The notes beneath the pieces are model-generated. The model was given only the letters and a program-made list of their open reading frames with translations, was not told the DNA's origin and ran no database searches. Positions 58,432-64,000 of a DNA stretch of 64,000 bases are shown here, piece by piece. Source of the stretch: a virus (lineage: Duplodnaviria > Heunggongvirae > Uroviricota > Caudoviricetes); the IMG/VR virus record IMGVR_UViG_3300021255_003103, positions 44,954 through 108,953 of that record. One strand, 5' to 3'. Numbering within the stretch: position 1 is the stretch's first letter; each line of letters starts with the position of its first letter. The position numbers and the translations under genes were made by a program.

Positions 58432-58758
58432 TTAACTATCATTCTGTTGGGTTTCTTTATATTTCTTTTCAATTTCTATATTATGTTTTGTAATATTCAT
58501 ACCTATAATATCATTCATATCAAATCCTAAATCATATGCTATATTACAAATATTATTTAATATATCCCCAATAGATATTGCTGCTTTAGTTTTTGTTATT
58601 TTCGTAAAACTTCCATGATCTTTTATTAGTGCATCATTTAATTTATTTGCTAATGATCCAACATTATTCTGTAAGTCCAATATAACTGAAAATGGACCAA
58701 GTTCTATTGGATAATCTATATATTCACGAATTGTTTTTTGATAATCATTAATTTCCAT
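58432..58758 (-). CDS. MazG-like nucleotide pyrophosphohydrolase-fold protein (second copy)
   Basis: EYIDYPIELGPFSVILDLQNNVGSLANK ... ISIGDILNNICNIAYDLGFD resembles the MazG/NTP-PPase helical core (E-x-x-E ... E-x-x-D). Confidence 0.5.
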   Translation of the reverse strand: MEINDYQKTIREYIDYPIELGPFSVILDLQNNVGSLANKLNDALIKDHGSFTKITKTKAAISIGDILNNICNIAYDLGFDMNDIIGMNITKHNIEIEKKYKETQQNDS

Positions 58759-58775
58759 ATTACTTAAACTTTTAT

Positions 58776-59153
58776 TTAATCATTATACCAACTATCTTTC
58801 ATATATCTTTGTGGATACTGATTTATGTTTTCTCTATTATCTCCATTACCATGAACAGTATTTGTTTCTTGACGTTCTTTAACTTTTATTATTCCAATTT
58901 TCATTATATCTTCTAAAGAACATCCCATATCGTCAGCAGCAGCCCATATATACCATAAAACATCTGCTAATTCTTTTTTTATTGCATATTTTGTTTTATC
59001 ATCAAAAATTTGATTATTATCCCTTAAACATTTTTTAACTTTTTCTGCAGCTTCACCAGCTTCACCATTTAATCCAAGTATCGGATATATAATAGGCAAG
59101 CAATCATATACTTTTGATGATTTCATGAATGTTTCATATTCTTTAAGTATCAT
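58776..59153 (-). CDS. mazG: MazG-family nucleotide pyrophosphohydrolase
   Basis: LGLNGEAGEAAEKVKK ... KELADVLWYIWAAADDMGCSLEDIM matches the MazG EExxE / ELxDxLW motifs. Confidence 0.65.
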   Translation of the reverse strand: MILKEYETFMKSSKVYDCLPIIYPILGLNGEAGEAAEKVKKCLRDNNQIFDDKTKYAIKKELADVLWYIWAAADDMGCSLEDIMKIGIIKVKERQETNTVHGNGDNRENINQYPQRYMKDSWYND

Positions 59154-59377
59154 ATATGTTCATAATTATTTATTTTACATTTTACTAATGCGTTTGTTTC
59201 ATGCTTATCTATTTCACATCTACCATTATAATTACCAAATCTTCCAGCAACTGGCCCATAATCATTATAATGTTTACATGAATAGCACATATTTGTATAA
59301 TCATTTGGATTTAATGAACATAGCTCTCTAAGATCACTCATAATTGCATTTATATATTTATATTTGATAATATCCAA
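59150..59377 (-). CDS. Small Cys-rich protein (CYSCKHY...C), CxxC family copy 2
   Basis: CYSCKHYNDYGPVAGRFGNYNGRCE shares its pattern with 62777..63007 and 6731..6880. Confidence 0.45.
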   Translation of the reverse strand: MDIIKYKYINAIMSDLRELCSLNPNDYTNMCYSCKHYNDYGPVAGRFGNYNGRCEIDKHETNALVKCKINNYEHI

Positions 59378-61229
59378 TTTTAAAAGGATATTGTTCTTCT
59401 GTATATTTTTTACATTTTGCTAATCCTTGTAAATAAATTTTATTAGATATATATTGTTGGTTAAATACATCAATTACATCATATAAAACAAATTCATCTT
59501 TCAAATTAGATAATCCTAGTCCTCTTCCTATTGATTGCATATTGATTACATTAGACTTAAATGATTCAAACAATACACCAAAACAAAGATTCGCCAGTGT
59601 GATTCCAGTTGACAAGGTACCGTAGCTTGCAATTAATATACAATCATTATTTTCTTTAAGCATTTGTTTTATTTGTTCACGTTTCTTTGGAGTTACTGCT
59701 CCAGTAATTGTATCTATATGTCTATTTGGAAATTTTTGTTTTATAATATCAGTTAAATAATATATATATTCTGTATGATGTGCCAAAATTAATGTGTTCT
59801 TATCACATTTAGGTAATATTTCATTACATAAATAATCAACACGTTCTGTCATAAAATGTGTCATCATTCTTTCAATAACTAATAAATTAGTTGATGTTGA
59901 CATTTTAATAATATTTTTAAGTACTTTAATATAATCTAATTGATATTTAATAAACATTGTATCAGCACGTGATTTTAATTTGAATTTACGTTTAATCTTA
60001 TCTAATTCTTTTTGTGTTTCATTATCGGCTAAGTCTGTATAAATACCAGTTTGTAAAAACAATTTTGCTTTAATATCTTCAATACCAGGAGGTAATGATT
60101 TAACATATTGTATTTGAAATTCTGGATCAAATAATTTTATTTTTTTCTTTTGCTCAACTCCTTTTTTATTTACAATAGTTTCATATTGAAATTCTGATAA
60201 TCCATATTCCGCACACCTAATAAATGTTTCTAATTGTTTTTTTAAGTCTTTATATTCTAATCTTACCTGTAAAATATTGACTTTTGAAATATAACCTTCA
60301 TCCATTAGATATCTTGGCTTAATTTCTTGAATTGTGGCGCCAAGTAATGATTTAAGACAATAATATTCAATTGTTTTCTTTTTAGGAATTGTTCCAGTCA
60401 TACCGAAAGCTATCTTTACTTCTTTCATAAATGGCTGACTTATAATATTCTTTATTTGATTTGCTGTTGCACGATGTGTTTCATCTACAAAAACAATATC
60501 ATAGTCATTAAAGAAATTAGGATTATATTTATTATTTGGTTTACTTCTTGTTGGCTTTTCAATGAACTTAATCAATGACTGAAAAGTACCTATTGTAAGA
60601 TTAGCTGACTCAACTAGTTTACCACCACCCCATACACATTCCGTATTGAAAAATTCTGCATATTCTTTGAAGTCATTATATCCTTGTGTTACTAACTGAA
60701 TTGAAGGAACAATCATTAATATTTTCTTTGCCCCTAAATATTCAATACAATATCTAAAAATCATATAAGCAATAAGAGTCTTACCAGCACGTGTTGCTAA
60801 TTCTGAAACTGATTGTTTCCACTGTAATATTTTATATGCAGCTTCATATTGATAAGGGCGTGGTGTATATTTTAATCCCCAGCTATCAACTATAGTCTTA
60901 AATTGCTCAAATGTATGTGGTATGTCTCTTTTGAAAAAATTAGAATGATCTAATAAACCATCAAATGCAATATCGTTATCTTTAAAGAATCTATATATTT
61001 CTTGCCAAAGCCCTATTGCACAATAATAAACAGTTTGACCAGATTGCTGTACATAATCAAATAAAAAGTCTTGTGTATATGGAGGTCCACTATATGTTGG
61101 TAAATAACATATAGGGTCGACTAAATTCAAATGTTCTTTAAGTTTCTTTAAGTTTATTTCATCATATTCAGAATCATATTTAAGAAATAAATATCGTGTA
61201 TCTTTTTCAGTGAATATAAAATGTATCAT
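59358..61229 (-). CDS. SF2 DNA/RNA helicase (UvsW/DEAD-DEAH-like)
   Basis: Q-like motif RPYQYEAAYKI; Walker A ATRAGKTLIA; DExH VFVDETH; later helicase motifs (SYGTLSTGITL, QSIGRGLG). Confidence 0.75.
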   Translation of the reverse strand: MIHFIFTEKDTRYLFLKYDSEYDEINLKKLKEHLNLVDPICYLPTYSGPPYTQDFLFDYVQQSGQTVYYCAIGLWQEIYRFFKDNDIAFDGLLDHSNFFKRDIPHTFEQFKTIVDSWGLKYTPRPYQYEAAYKILQWKQSVSELATRAGKTLIAYMIFRYCIEYLGAKKILMIVPSIQLVTQGYNDFKEYAEFFNTECVWGGGKLVESANLTIGTFQSLIKFIEKPTRSKPNNKYNPNFFNDYDIVFVDETHRATANQIKNIISQPFMKEVKIAFGMTGTIPKKKTIEYYCLKSLLGATIQEIKPRYLMDEGYISKVNILQVRLEYKDLKKQLETFIRCAEYGLSEFQYETIVNKKGVEQKKKIKLFDPEFQIQYVKSLPPGIEDIKAKLFLQTGIYTDLADNETQKELDKIKRKFKLKSRADTMFIKYQLDYIKVLKNIIKMSTSTNLLVIERMMTHFMTERVDYLCNEILPKCDKNTLILAHHTEYIYYLTDIIKQKFPNRHIDTITGAVTPKKREQIKQMLKENNDCILIASYGTLSTGITLANLCFGVLFESFKSNVINMQSIGRGLGLSNLKDEFVLYDVIDVFNQQYISNKIYLQGLAKCKKYTEEQYPFKIGYYQI

Positions 61230-61377
61230 TATAAATTTATGTAAATATAAATATTAATTTAGATTAATTTTAACAATTATTTAATGTATAAAAAACTATT
61301 TTAATTATTTTTATTTATTTACAATTAAATACAGTTTAATTTTGTAAGAATAATTAAATTATTATAACTTCATTCTA

Positions 61378-62601
61378 TTAGCGAAATGAAATTGAATTAA
61401 TTTTTATTCTAACTGGGTTATACACATACCTCTTATCTGCTGGTACTATATTTAGCACATCACAGTTACATTTTTGTATACCTAATCTCATTATATTGAA
61501 TGATCCGTTTACATCAGCATTTATCTTATGTCCATATTTTGATTTAAATAATCCACGTTTGATTCGTTTTCCAAAATAAGTTTTATGCTGACATATTTTT
61601 TCGTTATCAATAAAACTACATTTAGATGTATATGCTTCATTTAGTAAAATCATTTTAATACCTGCTAATTTACATTTATAGTCTAACATACTTATAAGTA
61701 AATTATATGGTATAGCAACAAAATTTTGATTATTAGTTTTTCCTATGTTAATACCTTCTTTCCAACCAAAATTCTTACCTACAAATAATGTATTAAGATT
61801 GTTTGTTTCCATGTATATAACAATAAGATGACTAACTTTATGCATATAATCTTTTATCTTATTATTTCGTCTATAATTTATTCTTTTTATTCTATTGCTT
61901 GTTTTCCTATTTTTATTTAGCTTAGATTGTAATAATGCTTTTCTTTTATTGTAAAAATGATTTATATTTTTTAATTTTTTACCATCATATATAACAGATT
62001 GACATACGTTTGAAGTTAATGTTACTAAATTATTCAATCCTAAATCTAAAGCTGCATATTGTTTATTATCACATTTTAACTTATATTCTTTATTATATAT
62101 CAATTCAATTACTATATGATTTCCTTTATGTATAATTCTAACTATTTGCACATTTAGATTAGTCTCAATGTCAATTTTATTGTTATTATTTATCTTTAAT
62201 GACAATACATTGTTTTTTAATTTAAAACATTGATTTGTATATGTAACTATATTTCTTCCATTTTCTTTATCTTTATATTTAGGTAATCTAATTTTCTTAC
62301 CTTTCATTTTTGGCGATTTCAATACATTATAAAAAGAAACATATTGTTTATCTATTTGTCTTAATACTTGCTGGCTACATTGAGCATAAGGTAAAGATCT
62401 ATAATCAATTTGATTCTCTTTAGATAATAATGTATTAAGTTCATAATAAGACAGATATTTATTTGTATTTTTATAATATTGTCTTATTTGATATAAAGCA
62501 TAGTTATACAAATTCTTAGATTTAAAACACAACTCATCAAGCATAGAATACCATCTATGCTTATTATTTATAATAATTTGTTGTGTTAATTGCATTTTCA
62601 T
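61378..62601 (-). CDS. tnpB: Solo TnpB-like protein (IS605 OrfB family) without an adjacent tnpA
   Basis: RuvC-I AALDLGLNNLVT; RuvC-II NEAYTSKCS; RuvC-III NADVNGSFNI; Cys cluster; 407 aa. Confidence 0.65.
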   Translation of the reverse strand: MKMQLTQQIIINNKHRWYSMLDELCFKSKNLYNYALYQIRQYYKNTNKYLSYYELNTLLSKENQIDYRSLPYAQCSQQVLRQIDKQYVSFYNVLKSPKMKGKKIRLPKYKDKENGRNIVTYTNQCFKLKNNVLSLKINNNNKIDIETNLNVQIVRIIHKGNHIVIELIYNKEYKLKCDNKQYAALDLGLNNLVTLTSNVCQSVIYDGKKLKNINHFYNKRKALLQSKLNKNRKTSNRIKRINYRRNNKIKDYMHKVSHLIVIYMETNNLNTLFVGKNFGWKEGINIGKTNNQNFVAIPYNLLISMLDYKCKLAGIKMILLNEAYTSKCSFIDNEKICQHKTYFGKRIKRGLFKSKYGHKINADVNGSFNIMRLGIQKCNCDVLNIVPADKRYVYNPVRIKINSISFR

Positions 62602-62776
62602 TGTTGTTATGCTTCTAAAATTTCTTCTAATAGTTTAAACTTTTTACGTTTAGATTCTAATATAATGTATATATTTATATAGAAATAATATATTAAGTTT
62701 ATTTATAAATAATGTTTTTATACAAAAATAATTTAAATTATTGTTAATTTATTATTTTATTATATCATCTCTCTAT

Positions 62777-63007
62777 TCATTTCTTTGTTGGATCTATTAA
62801 TTTATATGGTAGATCTAATCTATACCTAAATAACGTATGTGGCCAATGTCTTAATTGTATTGTGCATTTATCATTATAATTCATAAACTTATTTTCCCAA
62901 GGACACCAACCAGTAGGTCCATAAAACATACAATTATAACATATATGTAATTTATCGTTTAATCCTAATTTAGATTTTGGCTCTCTTTGAATTTTTTTTC
63001 TAGCCAT
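62777..63007 (-). CDS. Small Cys-rich protein (CYNCMFY...C), CxxC family copy 3
   Basis: CYNCMFYGPTGWCPWENKFMNYNDKC pattern. Confidence 0.45.
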   Translation of the reverse strand: MARKKIQREPKSKLGLNDKLHICYNCMFYGPTGWCPWENKFMNYNDKCTIQLRHWPHTLFRYRLDLPYKLIDPTKK

Positions 63008-63012
63008 TAATT

Positions 63013-63042
63013 AAAAAATGCGGTACATGTGTACCGCATATA
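63013..63042 (-). terminator. Intrinsic terminator for the minus-strand gene (perfect palindrome atgcggtacatgtgtaccgcat flanked by A/T runs)
   Basis: On the minus strand the hairpin is followed by TTTTTTAAT, directly after the stop of 63044..63565. Confidence 0.75.
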
Positions 63043-63043
63043 T

Positions 63044-63565
63044 TTATTCTGATTTTGGATTTTCATCTGCTTCAGCGGCAGCTTTCTTAATATCTTCCAT
63101 CTTTTGCATTACTGCTTGATGTTTAGATGCAATATCATATGTTTTCTCAGTAGCATCAACATATGCATTATGCAAAGGTTCAAAATATTTATTAATTGCA
63201 ACCACTGCTGCCCATTCTTCGTAACCAGTAAATTGCATGCCTCCTAATGTACGAAGTATAGCATCAAGTTGTGCATAAGGTATTTTCTTTGATTTCTTTT
63301 CAGGATTCCAAAAATCATAAAGACCAACTAAACCTAATGTATATTGCCATTGAACTGTCTGCTTATTCAAAAGCTTACGAATTGACATTGCAACTTCTTT
63401 ATAGTTTTCTTTAGGCAAATCAAATTCAGTTTTTGATACTTTTTGATCATTTTCATCAGCCTCTGCAATTAATTGTGATTCAATTTTTTCAAGTTCTTCA
63501 AAAGTTTTACTGTTTAAAGAATTTTCATAATCTTTAAGCATTTTCTGCTTTTCTTCTAAATTCAT
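63044..63565 (-). CDS. Hypothetical protein (173 aa)
   Basis: ATG ORF followed by a terminator. Confidence 0.45.
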   Translation of the reverse strand: MNLEEKQKMLKDYENSLNSKTFEELEKIESQLIAEADENDQKVSKTEFDLPKENYKEVAMSIRKLLNKQTVQWQYTLGLVGLYDFWNPEKKSKKIPYAQLDAILRTLGGMQFTGYEEWAAVVAINKYFEPLHNAYVDATEKTYDIASKHQAVMQKMEDIKKAAAEADENPKSE

Positions 63566-63619
63566 TTAATCTTATAAGATATATTTATAATTTTTCATAT
63601 GCTTATTTATAAAGCTATG

Positions 63620-63946
63620 TTATAAAAATAATATTAATATTATTGCAATTACTATATATATAAATGCATGTAATAATGTTGCTTTTAAGTTTTTAGCAAA
63701 TTCTTTTCTTGAAACAATATCGAAAATCAATAAATAATTATCTGCATTCTTTGGTCCAACGTGCTTAAATTCTAAATTAATAAAATGATAAAGATTTTCA
63801 ATTGAAAATACTTGTCCAATTATATTAAGTTGCTTATAAGTCCAATGTTTAATATATTCATTATTGTTTGTATTTTCATCATCAAACTCAATTATTGTTT
63901 TTGTAATATCAAATCTTCCTTCTTCATTAATATTTGGATTAATCAC
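63620..63946 (-). CDS. Hypothetical protein with C-terminal TM helix (108 aa)
   Basis: ATG ORF; C-terminal LLHAFIYIVIAIILILFL. Confidence 0.4.
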   Translation of the reverse strand: MINPNINEEGRFDITKTIIEFDDENTNNNEYIKHWTYKQLNIIGQVFSIENLYHFINLEFKHVGPKNADNYLLIFDIVSRKEFAKNLKATLLHAFIYIVIAIILILFL

Positions 63947-64000
63947 ACCATATAGACGTCCTATCCAATCTTTTTTAATATCTACATTTAAATATTCTTT

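Noticed and set aside
1-64000. Eukaryotic giant-virus origin (hairpin-terminated genes, AT-rich, Asn-rich proteins, TnpB/IS200 elements)
   Set aside because: Hairpins are followed by T-runs, as in bacterial intrinsic terminators. Gene content is that of a tailed phage: gp21-like protease, gp23-like capsid, tail sheath and tube, SAR endolysin, T4-Pnkp-like enzymes. Genes are tightly coupled with overlapping stops and starts.
1-64000. tRNA genes in intergenic spacers (6120-6284, 6699-6961, 18372-18641, 27474-27580, 45107-45277, 61230-61377)
   Set aside because: No cloverleaf-compatible sequence or GTTCRA T-loop motif was seen in any spacer, so none is called. This could still be checked with tRNAscan.

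Overview
This is a very AT-rich, densely packed window, almost all coding on the + strand. Intergenic regions lack Shine-Dalgarno motifs and carry classic intrinsic terminators (GC stem, often a cuucgg loop, then a T-run). It reads as a tailed bacteriophage with a contractile tail: a T4-type morphogenesis module (gp21-like prohead protease fused to an acidic repeat scaffold, gp23-like major capsid protein, tail sheath, tail tube), very large structural proteins (2215 aa, 1748 aa, 785 aa), and a lysis cassette (SAR-type GH24 endolysin plus two small membrane proteins). The most striking signal is a roughly 9 kb hyperplastic block (18.6-27.5 kb, plus an outlier at 6.3 kb) of about 12 mostly small genes that all begin with a near-identical peptide, M-K-x-L-x-x-Y-I-L-E-S. 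That peptide resembles the T4 internal-protein capsid-targeting sequence and ends in an I-L-E motif matching the gp21-type protease cleavage rule. Several tagged or neighbouring genes are recognisable enzymes: nucleoside diphosphate kinase, a split T4-Pnkp (HAD 3'-phosphatase and 5'-kinase as separate genes), an Rnl2-like KxDG ligase, a Pol-beta-type nucleotidyltransferase and an NMN adenylyltransferase. I interpret this as a candidate packaged and injected RNA-repair and NAD-salvage anti-defence toolkit, which is hypothesis rather than demonstrated. Other notable items are a flotillin (SPFH) plus NfeD membrane module; two paralogous Vsr/DUF559-like endonuclease genes, one fused to an amino-methyltransferase and inserted antisense between the capsid and sheath genes; an IS200/IS605 element (tnpA plus tnpB) that appears to split a small gene; and a second solo tnpB. 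There is also a family of three small CxxC proteins, tandem MazG genes and an SF2 helicase. Hand-derived coordinates may be off by 1-2 nt.
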